Shown: positions 1 through 9,811 of the stretch, piece by piece | How the letters are laid out: every line of letters starts with the position of its first letter | How positions within the stretch are numbered: position 1 is the stretch's first letter | IMG/VR virus record: IMGVR_UViG_3300035191_000049 | Strand: one strand, 5' to 3' | Length of the DNA stretch: 64,000 nucleotides | DNA from: a virus | Position numbers and translations under genes: made by a program | The notes under the pieces: generated by a model | What the model was told of the DNA's origin: nothing | Seen by the model: only the letters and a program-made list of their open reading frames with translations | Database searches by the model: none

Positions 1-25
1 CCTCCTCCTCCGCGCTGGCAGCACG

Positions 26-3000
26 TTGTCTGGAAAGTTCGCTGCGCCGATGGGCGCGTTGTCCGTATCAGAGAAGCCATCATGTGGCACATCGCTGATG
101 CATTCTAAGGTTGGGGGAATGAACGATACTCGCCCTATCTCTCTTCAGCGCATGCTGGAGATTGAACGCGCCGCTTACCCAGAGCACTTCCACCACATGC
201 AGTGGTGCGAAGACTGGGATGACGTCGCACGGCACTACTGCGGCGTCCCTCCTGAAAAGCTGATCGTCCTGAGCGACGGCGAGAGCTGGTACATGCTCGT
301 TGCCAACCACGGGCATGGGCGCGGATACGTCTGGGATCGCGCGAAGCTCCCCGGCTCCCCAAAAATGGACTGGATCGCTATCTACAATGAGCTGATTTCG
401 ATGGGCATCGTTCGGCTCCGCGGCGACATGCGCGAATCCACGAGCTACAAGCGGTTCAAAGAACTTCAGGACGAGCTGGAGTTCTACCTCAACATGCGGC
501 TCATCGAGGACCACCGATACGAGCAGCACGGCGAGGCGATGCACTCCTACGAAATGTATTTCGCTCCTACTGAGGAGAAAGAAGAACCAGAGGACAACCG
601 TACAGCCTGGGACCCCGCGAATCTCCCGCGCAAGCTCTGGTCGACACATCCGGATGGCGGCATTCCGCTCATCAGCGGAAAACAGCACCCCACCTACCTG
701 AGCGACCTGGAGGCGCCGCCCAATGGACAGACGCTCGACGAGTACGTCGAGGCGTGTCTGGCGATCGCCCCAGACGTCATGGATCTCCCCGAACCGAAGT
801 GGAGGCCGGCGCGCTGGTGGCATTTTCCCAAGGGTCGGCGACGTTCTATGTTCAGAAGATTGCGCAGCGGGCGAATGATACGGGGTGCTCGCACGAAGCT
901 GCGCCGATCGAAGACCTACGTCTATGACCCCAACAAGCCCGAGAGCGAGTATCCAGAGAAGGCGCTGAACGCCTTCAAGCAGATTTTCAAAGACCGCGAG
1001 AAGGCTGTTATCCGACGAGACAAGGCGATTCTCCATTTGCTCAAAGCTGGCTGGAGGAGAATTCGTCCCGAGGACTGGGTAAGTGGCAAGAAGCTGTTCA
1101 ACCGATTTCTTCGCTTCTACATGATCGTCAACTCTGGCATCAGGGACGCGAAGAATTACTACCGACGCGGCGACGCCAAGGGATCTCAGCGCACGATGGC
1201 TTTTGAGCTGTGGCTCGCTCTAGGAATGCCGTCTGCGAACACTCTCAACAAGACCGCTCGGAGGAAAATTTACTACCTAATCCAGTGCGAATATGAGCGC
1301 CGGGGTCCGGCGAGCATTCGCCGAGCTATCCGGATGCTCAAAGGCATCCCAGACCGCTACCGATCTCCAGGGCTGATTTGGTCACTCATCTGGATCGAGC
1401 GTGTTCATCACTACTCGCTGCGCGACCAAAAAAGAATCTTTCGGCACCTCCACGAAGCGAGTCGTGACCAGGAGTGGCGCCTGCGTTGGATATTTCAACA
1501 CTACGCACCCAAGCACTGTCCTCCCGAGCGTGGCAAGAAGAAAAAACAGCCAAAGGAAACAACCACAAGGCGCCTTGCGCTCCCTGGAGGCAGACATCGA
1601 ACTATTCAGGTTCCACGAGGAGGGACGCGCAGAGGATTCAGGCGCTTTCGTCCTCGTGGCCAATGGAGATACGTTGCTCGACGCCGCCACTATGGCATCA
1701 CAACCAGGCGTTATAGCCGTGGGCTTGTTCTGCGGAATCCGGGGCACCATCTTAGAGGAGAGTACGCTCCCAACCATAGCCATAGAAATCCGAAGGAGCG
1801 TTTGAACTGGAACTGGCTGGATACGCTCCTCTCGCTACCGGATGTCGAGTTCATCAAACGCTTCGCACCCGCCAATGGGTACGCCTGGCAGATGATCTTC
1901 GGTCGCCTCCCCGACAACCCGGCCATTGCTCAGATCCCCACAGACGCGATTTGTGACCTCGACCTTGGGCTGCTCATCCGAGTCATGAAGCGCCTCAATA
2001 CTGATGAGTTCTACGATCGGTATATCGACGAACACGCGAGCCATCTTCAAGATATGGCTCGCAACAGAGTTCGAAATATAGAAGAGGGGATCGCGACACA
2101 CGAGAGAGAGTTGAGAGAACTCGAAGAAGAGATTGCAAGGCAGAAGGAGCCAAAGTTCCGCGACATCGTTATGCGAGACCGGGTCAAGAGCGCGCTGAGA
2201 CGCATGAGGAAAAACCTTCGCAGGAACAAGAAGGAACTGGAAACCACGTCGCTTGCTGACTACAGGGAGAAAGTTCGCAAGAAGCGCGGCATCCGGCAGA
2301 ATTTTGAGATGGACATGGGCCACGCGGGCGTCGCGATGTCGATCATATTCGGTGAGGATTGGCATGGCTGGATCCGCCGCATGTGTCACCAGCGAGAACC
2401 CGCGCTCACGCTCCACGACGCGACGCACTGGCTTCCCCCTCAGAAATCGCCAGGGCTCGCAAAGTACCTGAGAGAGCACTACACCGCCAGCGTAGAACAC
2501 CTGGAGACGATTGCGAGGAGATGGAACGACCTCGACGCTGACGAGAAGGAATATCCAGTCAAGCTCCTCCTCGAAACCATCGCTCGCAAGCGCTACAAGG
2601 ACGCTCAGAGCATGGAGTTCGCCGTCGAGGCGGGAAAGGCCGGCGTCCCCGAGGACCGCTACCCCGAAATGGAACAGGAGTGGCTAGACGCAAAGGAGGT
2701 GGAGACCACCATCCCCGACGTCGCCGTCGTTCACGAGAACCTGACGATGCGTATGCTCTCCCGGAACGATCCCAGAGGCGTGTTTGCCGGAATTCACTCG
2801 GGATGCTGTCAGCATCCGATGGGCGTCGCCAAGCAGTGTGCTTGGCACGGAGCGAAGAGCCCTGACGGCGCCATCTACATCATCGAGGACGAGGAGAACA
2901 ACATCGTCGCGCAGTCCTGGACGTGGCGAAAGAAAGACATCATCGTCTTCGACTCTATCGAGTCCAAGGACAAGCCCGGTCAGTCTGATCGGATCGAGAC

Positions 3001-3322
3001 ATTCATCAGACTCTACGAGCAAGTCGGTCTGGAGATGCTGAAAGTCGACGGCAAGATACCGATCAAAGAGGTCCGGTGCGGCAGCGGGATGCGGATCAAG
3101 TGCCCAACGCGCTGGCGCCGCGCCTCGCAGGTCGTTCCGATGCCCAATGACTTCCCGCCGAAGGCCTACGCCGACGCGCGCAAGGTCCAGTACGTTATCG
3201 TGGACCGGGCTCAGTTCGTTACTATCAATCTCGACACTAACTCCACCGCTTCGACCGCAACCGTCATGACGGTCGATACTCAGGTCAGTGGCACCAACTT
3301 CATTATTCCAAAGGCGAGCTGA
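26..3322 (+). CDS. large hypothetical protein (1098 aa) with central Arg/Gly-rich low-complexity linker; frame is open to window start so N-terminus may lie upstream
   Basis: 3.3 kb uninterrupted ORF; stop TGA overlaps next ATG (ATGA); no recognisable catalytic motif. Confidence 0.5.
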   Translation: MSGKFAAPMGALSVSEKPSCGTSLMHSKVGGMNDTRPISLQRMLEIERAAYPEHFHHMQWCEDWDDVARHYCGVPPEKLIVLSDGESWYMLVANHGHGRGYVWDRAKLPGSPKMDWIAIYNELISMGIVRLRGDMRESTSYKRFKELQDELEFYLNMRLIEDHRYEQHGEAMHSYEMYFAPTEEKEEPEDNRTAWDPANLPRKLWSTHPDGGIPLISGKQHPTYLSDLEAPPNGQTLDEYVEACLAIAPDVMDLPEPKWRPARWWHFPKGRRRSMFRRLRSGRMIRGARTKLRRSKTYVYDPNKPESEYPEKALNAFKQIFKDREKAVIRRDKAILHLLKAGWRRIRPEDWVSGKKLFNRFLRFYMIVNSGIRDAKNYYRRGDAKGSQRTMAFELWLALGMPSANTLNKTARRKIYYLIQCEYERRGPASIRRAIRMLKGIPDRYRSPGLIWSLIWIERVHHYSLRDQKRIFRHLHEASRDQEWRLRWIFQHYAPKHCPPERGKKKKQPKETTTRRLALPGGRHRTIQVPRGGTRRGFRRFRPRGQWRYVARRRHYGITTRRYSRGLVLRNPGHHLRGEYAPNHSHRNPKERLNWNWLDTLLSLPDVEFIKRFAPANGYAWQMIFGRLPDNPAIAQIPTDAICDLDLGLLIRVMKRLNTDEFYDRYIDEHASHLQDMARNRVRNIEEGIATHERELRELEEEIARQKEPKFRDIVMRDRVKSALRRMRKNLRRNKKELETTSLADYREKVRKKRGIRQNFEMDMGHAGVAMSIIFGEDWHGWIRRMCHQREPALTLHDATHWLPPQKSPGLAKYLREHYTASVEHLETIARRWNDLDADEKEYPVKLLLETIARKRYKDAQSMEFAVEAGKAGVPEDRYPEMEQEWLDAKEVETTIPDVAVVHENLTMRMLSRNDPRGVFAGIHSGCCQHPMGVAKQCAWHGAKSPDGAIYIIEDEENNIVAQSWTWRKKDIIVFDSIESKDKPGQSDRIETFIRLYEQVGLEMLKVDGKIPIKEVRCGSGMRIKCPTRWRRASQVVPMPNDFPPKAYADARKVQYVIVDRAQFVTINLDTNSTASTATVMTVDTQVSGTNFIIPKAS

Positions 3323-3717
3323 TGAAACTCACCGAACTACAGAAAAAGCTGCTCAAAGAGCTGCTCCACGACTCGCAAGGAAAGATGGACAGCGGATTCG
3401 ACTGCCCTGGCGAAGATTTGCCGTCAGCGAGGGCTCTCGAACGTAAGGGCTGGCTCAAGATCACGGACGGTCCTCGCGAGACCGGCTTTTTCGAGGCGGA
3501 GTTCACCCAAACCTTCTGGGAATGGGCACGGGAAACTGTCCTGGATCTGTGGCTGGAACCCCACGGGGACGAAAAACGTCCTGTAGACGGATGGGTTCGC
3601 GAGCTGATCGAGTCCTGCGGCGGCTACTACCACGAAGAAAACGAGGAAGAGACGTTCCCGAACTTCCTCGCCGCTGACATCTTCGAGAACCTGATGAAGA
3701 CGACGAGAGCGAAGTAA
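3322..3717 (+). CDS. hypothetical protein
   Basis: ORF translationally coupled (ATGA) to upstream gene. Confidence 0.45.
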   Translation: MKLTELQKKLLKELLHDSQGKMDSGFDCPGEDLPSARALERKGWLKITDGPRETGFFEAEFTQTFWEWARETVLDLWLEPHGDEKRPVDGWVRELIESCGGYYHEENEEETFPNFLAADIFENLMKTTRAK

Positions 3718-3956
3718 TGACCGACGCCGAGTGGGACAAGATCTACGAGCGCATCGATAATCTTTGCTGGGCCAACGATTGGGATGCCATCAATAACGAG
3801 CTGAGGCCGCTCATCGCCATCGAAATGAGCCGCCAGGAGATCGTCTGCTGGCTTTCGATCACCCACTGCGTTTCCGAGCACCTTCCCGAGCGAGCGCGAC
3901 TCGCCGAGGAAGCGAAACAATGTTTCCCAGAAGAGTTACTGAGAGGTCTGGTATGA
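3717..3956 (+). CDS. hypothetical protein
   Basis: TAATG coupling to upstream gene. Confidence 0.4.
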   Translation: MTDAEWDKIYERIDNLCWANDWDAINNELRPLIAIEMSRQEIVCWLSITHCVSEHLPERARLAEEAKQCFPEELLRGLV

Positions 3957-4237
3957 CTCACGACATCACAAAGCAACCGAAATGGGTCCAGGAACTGCTC
4001 GCTGAAAAGGAAAAGGAGCTGGAGCGCACAAAGGACAAGCTGGAGCGCACACAGACTGCCCATGCTGTCCTCATGAAACGTGAATGGTTCACCATCCGTG
4101 GTCCTCTCGGAAAAAATGACCCCGACCACTACTCACTTTTCATCCTTCGGACGAACAGTGCTCACCCTGTCTGCTCACTTGACCGTGAAGACCTGCTACT
4201 CGTCGGCCGCGCGACAAAAAAGGTAAAGGCGGCTTGA
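3953..4237 (+). CDS. hypothetical coiled-coil protein
   Basis: ATG overlapping previous stop; in-frame with track ORF 3920..4237. Confidence 0.4.
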   Translation: MTHDITKQPKWVQELLAEKEKELERTKDKLERTQTAHAVLMKREWFTIRGPLGKNDPDHYSLFILRTNSAHPVCSLDREDLLLVGRATKKVKAA

Positions 4238-4253
4238 TAGAAAGGAGCCCGAG

Positions 4254-4778
4254 ATGGGTTTATGTCTTGGTTGCGGGAATGAGCTAACGACGGGAGACCC
4301 CGTAAACGGTATTTTCTGCCGAACCTGCTGCGCCAAGCAAGCAGAACAGCTCAAGGGATGGACGTGCCCAGGGTGCGGCGTCAATTATTCGCCGTTCGTC
4401 ACCCAGTGCGAGTGCTCGAAGCTCCTCCGGATCGACGTCAACCCTCACGGGACGACGCCCTGCGACTCACCAGCGACTCGTCTGCCCCTCCCCGAGGTCG
4501 ATCCCGAAGAATTGAGCTGGTCCTCAAAGAAACCGGGCGGAAACGGCGGCTACTACGTCATTTGGGAAGAGGGGCACCACGGCGGGGACCCGACCGATGC
4601 TCGTGTCGCCGTCATTTACCACGACCGCGCCGGAAAACAGTTCGTAGTCTTCCCGAATTGGATCAGCGGGCCGACGCCGCTCGATGAATTGGAGAACGTC
4701 GCGCTATGGGCACGTATCCCAACGGAAATTCGTACCGAAGACGACGATGAGGATGATATTCTTGCTGCGATGAAATGA
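4254..4778 (+). CDS. zinc-ribbon protein (CxxC x4)
   Basis: AGGAG-type RBS 8 nt upstream; repeated CxxC pairs; acidic C-terminus. Confidence 0.5.
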   Translation: MGLCLGCGNELTTGDPVNGIFCRTCCAKQAEQLKGWTCPGCGVNYSPFVTQCECSKLLRIDVNPHGTTPCDSPATRLPLPEVDPEELSWSSKKPGGNGGYYVIWEEGHHGGDPTDARVAVIYHDRAGKQFVVFPNWISGPTPLDELENVALWARIPTEIRTEDDDEDDILAAMK

Positions 4779-5032
4779 AGAAGCGGATGACTCAGAGCGA
4801 ATTCAACGAGGGGATCACCATGGTGGTAACATGCATGGCTCAGATCGTGTGGGGCCTCGCAAAAATCCGCATCTACGAAATGTCAGATAACCCCATCACC
4901 GAGCCGGCTGCGCAGATGCTCAAAGAAAAGTGCGACCAGTTGGTCAAGCACCTACGAGAATTCGGTGTCAAGACCGAACCCTTCGAGGAATACGAGATCA
5001 AGCAGGAGGCGGAGAAGAACCCGAACAACTGA
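4775..5032 (+). CDS. hypothetical protein
   Basis: ATGA coupling. Confidence 0.4.
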   Translation: MKKRMTQSEFNEGITMVVTCMAQIVWGLAKIRIYEMSDNPITEPAAQMLKEKCDQLVKHLREFGVKTEPFEEYEIKQEAEKNPNN

Positions 5033-5039
5033 GGACACC

Positions 5040-5420
5040 ATGAGCGACGAGATCGAAGAGATTAAAGACGAGGACACAGACCCGATGCACGAATGTTTCG
5101 CATGCGGGCGTCCTCATGACGGATACGAAGCGAAATACTGCGAGACGTGCGGAAAAGCATGGCAGGAAAGACAGACGTACCGCGAGGCGCTGCGCCGGAT
5201 TCTTTTCATCCTCAAAGACCCAGACAAATATCCCAAAGAAAGCGCAATACGGCTCGCTGAAGAAGCGCTCGTCGTCGGCCCCATGGGCGAACGACTCGAC
5301 ACTGGCGTCCATCCGGACTTCCCGAGTCCTTACGACATGACCGAACAAGAGCGAGCCGAGGTCATCGCGAAGTCCAAGAAGTACTGGGAAGAGACCAGGG
5401 GGGAGCAGGAGGGATCATGA
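5040..5420 (+). CDS. hypothetical zinc-binding protein
   Basis: CxxC..CxxC motif; internal ATG of track ORF 4965..5420 preceded by purine-rich stretch. Confidence 0.45.
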   Translation: MSDEIEEIKDEDTDPMHECFACGRPHDGYEAKYCETCGKAWQERQTYREALRRILFILKDPDKYPKESAIRLAEEALVVGPMGERLDTGVHPDFPSPYDMTEQERAEVIAKSKKYWEETRGEQEGS

Positions 5421-5629
5421 GCGCTTTGGATATCGCCCGCGAGGTTTTTCCAGCTCTCTCGGACGACGAGCTGAACTACATCATCTGGAACCACACCGGC
5501 TACCCCGCTTTTTGGCACATTCCGCGAGATGGAGACACTCCGGAAGAGTGTTTTCGTACACAGCTCAACACATTTAGGGAGGAAATTCTCAATGCCGACG
5601 AACAAACCGGCTCCGAAGCTCACACCTAA
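5417..5629 (+). CDS. hypothetical protein
   Basis: ATGA coupling; overlaps pyrF start by ~38 nt. Confidence 0.35.
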   Translation: MSALDIAREVFPALSDDELNYIIWNHTGYPAFWHIPRDGDTPEECFRTQLNTFREEILNADEQTGSEAHT

Positions 5630-6371
5630 GGACCGCCTCATCTTCGCGCTCGATGTTCCGACTCTCAGCGACGCTCTGAACCTCTGCGGCACACTCAGAA
5701 ACGAGGTCGGCCTGTTCAAGGTTGGCCTCGAATTGAACTCGGCCATCGGACGAAAGGGCCTGACGTCCATCATGAACGTCCTCGGACATGGAACGCCGCG
5801 GATCATGCTCGATCTCAAGCTCCACGACATCCCTGCGACCGTCTCCAGGACGATAAAGCAGTTCCAGGACCCTCAGCACGGCGTCCGAGCGATCACCGTG
5901 CACTGCGCTGGCGGTCCCTCGATGCTTAAAGCAGCCGTTGGAGCTGCCGGAGACATCCATATCTTCGCCGTGACAGCCCTGACGAGCATGAGCGATGAGG
6001 ATGTTCGAGCTGTCGACAACTTCGAGACGGCTCGGGAGTGCGTTCTCGCCCGTGCTCGCGTTGCCACACACTACAACTGCGACGCGATCGTCGCTTCGCC
6101 ACTCGAAGTTCCAGACATCAGGAGCGACGTATTCGAACATACCGACGTTTTGGGGAGCTGGGTGCGCCCGATGGTCGTCACACCGGGTATTCGGCCCGAA
6201 GGATCCAAAAAAGACGACCAGAAACGCAAGGCGACACCGTTCGAGGCCATAATGAAGGGCTCCGACTATATCGTCGTCGGTCGACCGATCCGAGATGCCG
6301 ACAATCCAGAAGAAGCGGCGGACATGATCGTGGCTCAAATCAAGGGTGCGATAGAACAGAGAGATTTCTAA
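5592..6371 (+). CDS. pyrF: orotidine 5'-phosphate decarboxylase
   Basis: motifs 'FALD', 'MLDLKLHDIP', C-terminal 'VVGRPI'; GGGAGG RBS upstream of ATG 5592. Confidence 0.75.
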   Translation: MPTNKPAPKLTPKDRLIFALDVPTLSDALNLCGTLRNEVGLFKVGLELNSAIGRKGLTSIMNVLGHGTPRIMLDLKLHDIPATVSRTIKQFQDPQHGVRAITVHCAGGPSMLKAAVGAAGDIHIFAVTALTSMSDEDVRAVDNFETARECVLARARVATHYNCDAIVASPLEVPDIRSDVFEHTDVLGSWVRPMVVTPGIRPEGSKKDDQKRKATPFEAIMKGSDYIVVGRPIRDADNPEEAADMIVAQIKGAIEQRDF

Positions 6372-7120
6372 TGGATTTCGACACCTACGTTCGAGAGCAC
6401 TGGTTTAACATCGACGGATGGAATGAACAGGGGGCATTCACTGCGCTCAAGCTCATCCACGATTATCAACGTGAGCACAGCATTTTCGGCCACGTCGGCG
6501 AAATTGGCGTACATGAGGGTCAGTTTTTTTTCGCGCTAGCGCTCCTCGCGAAGTCTTTTAACGTCGGTGAGCACTCGTTCGCCATCGACGTGTTCGATAA
6601 ACAGGAACGCAATATCGACAAATCAGGATGTGCATCGGCTGGTCGCTTCACTGAAACAGCCCGAGAGATACTGAAAGACGATCCCCAACTGAAATTCCTC
6701 CACCTGATTCAAAACGACAGTCTGTCTGTGACATCCGAATACATTGGAAGCATTATCTTTAACCGATGTCGCCTTCACGCGGGATTGCGTCTGCTCAGCA
6801 TCGACGGCGGACACACCAAAACGCACGCCCTGAACGACTTGAAGCTCGCTGAGCAATCGATGCGGTGGGGTGGCGTTGCCATCCTAGACGATTTTCTCAA
6901 TCCGAAATGGCCAGGAGTCACCGAAGCGGCTCATATCTACTGTGCGGATCCATACTCACGCCTCGTCCCATTCGCCTACGGCAACAAAAAGCTCTACCTG
7001 ACGACCTTCGACTACGCGAAACGGTATTTCGAGCTGTTCAGGGACACTGAGCAGGGCGTGAAGGACCGTAAGGAGGTCGAAATCTGGAATCGGCCCCTTG
7101 TCTGGGTGTACTTCGAGTAG
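6371..7120 (+). CDS. class I SAM-dependent methyltransferase-like (Methyltransf_24/TylF-like)
   Basis: TAATG coupling to pyrF; 'GEIGVHEGQ' glycine-rich SAM-binding-like segment and 'LSIDGGH' motif. Confidence 0.4.
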   Translation: MDFDTYVREHWFNIDGWNEQGAFTALKLIHDYQREHSIFGHVGEIGVHEGQFFFALALLAKSFNVGEHSFAIDVFDKQERNIDKSGCASAGRFTETAREILKDDPQLKFLHLIQNDSLSVTSEYIGSIIFNRCRLHAGLRLLSIDGGHTKTHALNDLKLAEQSMRWGGVAILDDFLNPKWPGVTEAAHIYCADPYSRLVPFAYGNKKLYLTTFDYAKRYFELFRDTEQGVKDRKEVEIWNRPLVWVYFE

Positions 7121-7135
7121 AAAGGATCGTGTTCG

Positions 7136-7588
7136 ATGTCCAGTGAGCTACTGATACAACTCGACGAGGCCCGCGAAGAGAACGCCTACCTGCGTCGAGC
7201 GCTCTTCTACGCAGCAAACTGCCCGTCGCCGCTGCTCACCACCCGTTTTTTCACCGAAGTCTTGGTCGGTCGAGGCGAAGGCTGGATGAACGAGCCCGAC
7301 GACGCTCATGTCTGGACGAAATGCCTTCGGTGCGGCACCGACATGGGCGCCGATTACCGTGAAACTGGGAAAGCTCACTGCGATCCTTGCCTCAAAGCGA
7401 TCGACTCAACCAACCCAAACCCTGATTTTCAGTGCAACCAGTGTGGCGCCGCCTTCTCTCAGGCCGAATTCGATGAAATGGACTGGCTCGGCAACGACCT
7501 GCTCGATCCTGAGGACGCTACGAAGGTCGGTTGGGAGAAAGAAGTCCGCTGTCCGCTGTGTCGTCTCGGGAATCTATACAGGCCGTAG
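7136..7588 (+). CDS. cysteine-rich zinc-binding protein
   Basis: multiple CxxC pairs. Confidence 0.5.
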   Translation: MSSELLIQLDEAREENAYLRRALFYAANCPSPLLTTRFFTEVLVGRGEGWMNEPDDAHVWTKCLRCGTDMGADYRETGKAHCDPCLKAIDSTNPNPDFQCNQCGAAFSQAEFDEMDWLGNDLLDPEDATKVGWEKEVRCPLCRLGNLYRP

Positions 7589-7762
7589 CTCGGGCAAGCA
7601 TGAAAAAGCGTTCTCACCGCAGCTCCGAAGTGATCCCGAGAGGGCGTGTAATAATAAGACACACATTTTTAACAAAAAGCGCGACTCGCGCTTGCACCGA
7701 CGCAAACCAACACCCCAAACTTTCGAAGGAGGGTGTGGCAACGGCTAGAAATGGAGGGAACC

Positions 7763-8407
7763 ATGAGCCGAGGCCGCAAAACCGCAACGTATCACGACGT
7801 CAAGGAACGAATCGACAGCACCCGCCAGCTTTCAATGGACCCACGAGTCCTCGAAGGCTACAAAAAGCATCCGCACCTCCTCGGTCGAGTCACTCATCAC
7901 CAGGTCAGCGACGACGGCGAGTACAACAAGCACCAACAACAGCTCGTCGACAAGATCGTTATTGCCGACGAAGGGCTTCACCGAATAGAAGAGAAGTTTC
8001 GATCCAACATCTTTAAATGCATTTACATCGACATCTGGATCAAATGGCTGCACGGGGACGAGTGGTATCAGGGATTCGGCATCAACAGGCGCGCGAAGTG
8101 TGACTTCTTCGCGTTCATCTTCCACACGATGGACTGGGAGATGCTTCTGTTCGACCGATTTGCCTTCCAGACGGCGACGGACTGGCACCTATGCCGTCAG
8201 CTCGGCATGGGACAGGGCTTCGCTCCGTGGGGCGACGCGCAAATCCGGCGAACACGCAAGTACGTGAAGTCCATCAAGCCGACCTGGGAGGAATTCCTTG
8301 CCACCTACGAGAGATTCGGCGGCGAAAACGCTCAGGAGCTGCGGGATAAGGTGAAGAACCTGCAAGCTATCTCGCTGGATGCCTTCAAGAAACGTGTCTC
8401 GGCGTAG
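7763..8407 (+). CDS. hypothetical protein
   Basis: GGAGGG RBS before ATG 7763 (in frame with track ORF 7733..8407). Confidence 0.45.
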   Translation: MSRGRKTATYHDVKERIDSTRQLSMDPRVLEGYKKHPHLLGRVTHHQVSDDGEYNKHQQQLVDKIVIADEGLHRIEEKFRSNIFKCIYIDIWIKWLHGDEWYQGFGINRRAKCDFFAFIFHTMDWEMLLFDRFAFQTATDWHLCRQLGMGQGFAPWGDAQIRRTRKYVKSIKPTWEEFLATYERFGGENAQELRDKVKNLQAISLDAFKKRVSA

Positions 8408-8408
8408 C

Positions 8409-8771
8409 TCAACCGTTGTCGAAAGCGACGACGTCGCCCTTTCGATCGATTAGCCACTGTCGTTCGCAGACATCGCACTGCATGATGCGGTGTGTCCACC
8501 CACAAATCGCCATATTCGTCCGCTTGCTCAGGCAGTAAGGGCACTGATGCACTGACAAGTGTTCAGAAATTGCCTCTTGCGGCGTAACAGCCACCGGTTG
8601 CGGCGTAATGCAGCTCTCCTGGGGCTCAAGCTCTCTTGCTGCCCCCCTCTGACCCATCATATCGTCACCTCTGGCGATCACTACCCCGGATCGCTCACGA
8701 GGGGGCATTGTGAGTACTTGCGTAAGAATGTCAAGCTGAGAGCGCAGTGCCCCCAATGATCTCAACAACAT
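8409..8771 (-). CDS. hypothetical protein with C-terminal zinc ribbon
   Basis: convergent ORF; CPYC..CDVC; start uncertain. Confidence 0.3.
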   Translation of the reverse strand: MLLRSLGALRSQLDILTQVLTMPPRERSGVVIARGDDMMGQRGAARELEPQESCITPQPVAVTPQEAISEHLSVHQCPYCLSKRTNMAICGWTHRIMQCDVCERQWLIDRKGDVVAFDNG

Positions 8772-9104
8772 GAATCCGCTTGACTGATCGATCGAGGGTG
8801 CAGATCTCCCAAATCGATCTGTACCCCCGAAAAGCTAGATTATCATGGGTACAGAATCGTGTGATTTCGGGCACTTAGGCGCTCTTTGGCATAAAACCGA
8901 AATCAAGCTGACTCACAACTTATCGGAATCCTTACGCAATAAAAATTTCCAGTGAACGGTTGGAAACGATCGATCGCCACTAAGCTCGGCCGGCGTCCCC
9001 AAGATGGGTAAAAAAACGGTCAAGGTGATTCTGCAATAAAAACATAGTGCCCCCAAAGGGCCTCTCACCTTGATAAAATCGGCGATCGGCTTGATTTCAG
9101 CCCC

Positions 9105-9389
9105 ATGGAGCAATTTTCAATGAACCACCGTATCCCTTGTATCATCCGAATCGAAAAGGGTCGTCGCCACTGGCCAAAAGAGGTCGACGAACGCTTTGTG
9201 GCGCTCCCGGCGAAGGGTCACACTATCCAAATGGCTCTTGCGCCGAAAGACGGCGATCAGCCGCAAGAGACAACGCTCACTGTCACTGAAAATCCGCACT
9301 GGAAAAAAGTGTTTCGGCTGGGATCGGCTTCGTTTCCTCACAAGCCGGTGTTTATTCCGGTGGTCACTGTCATTCCGTCTAATAAATAG
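9105..9389 (+). CDS. hypothetical protein
   Basis: first gene after 330-bp AT-rich intergenic region. Confidence 0.4.
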   Translation: MEQFSMNHRIPCIIRIEKGRRHWPKEVDERFVALPAKGHTIQMALAPKDGDQPQETTLTVTENPHWKKVFRLGSASFPHKPVFIPVVTVIPSNK

Positions 9390-9467
9390 TCCTCAAGACG
9401 CACAAAGCTTTCGTATTACTCAGAAAAAAGGCTTCCCAATCAATGTTGCATATGCTACTTTTTGACC

Positions 9468-9598
9468 ATGAGAGCTGCAGACGAAATTGAAGAAGTGCTC
9501 GACCGACTACCTCCCGCTGGGTCGACGAAGTACGGCGGCATGACTTACGAGGAGGGCGTTGAAGAAGCGCTCCGCTGGGTACTCGAAGAGATCTCTGA
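9468..9598 (+). CDS. small hypothetical protein (boundaries uncertain)
   Basis: ATG directly downstream of TTGCATATGCTA palindrome; short ORF below track cutoff. Confidence 0.25.
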
Positions 9599-9631
9599 CG
9601 AGGAGTTCACTTGCCCGCCCAAGGACGAGCC

Positions 9632-9811
9632 ATGATCGAGTGGCGAGACCCTGAAGCCATGTGGGCATGGCATGAGGTCGTTGGCGACGTAGAGATCCTC
9701 GACTCGCTCAACAACGACGCGGACGCACTGGTCATGGCCCGAGGTGGACACAAGTACGTGTTTGGATTCAACGAGCTTCACAACATCACATCGAGCAGAG
9801 AACACGAATGA
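9632..9811 (+). CDS. small hypothetical protein
   Basis: ATG codon 8 of track ORF 9611..9811; stop overlaps radical-SAM ATG (ATGA). Confidence 0.3.
   Translation: MIEWRDPEAMWAWHEVVGDVEILDSLNNDADALVMARGGHKYVFGFNELHNITSSREHE

Noticed and set aside
80-1036. 318-aa minus-strand ORF antisense to the 1098-aa gene
   Set aside because: Entirely embedded antisense in a longer, codon-biased ORF; typical high-GC shadow ORF
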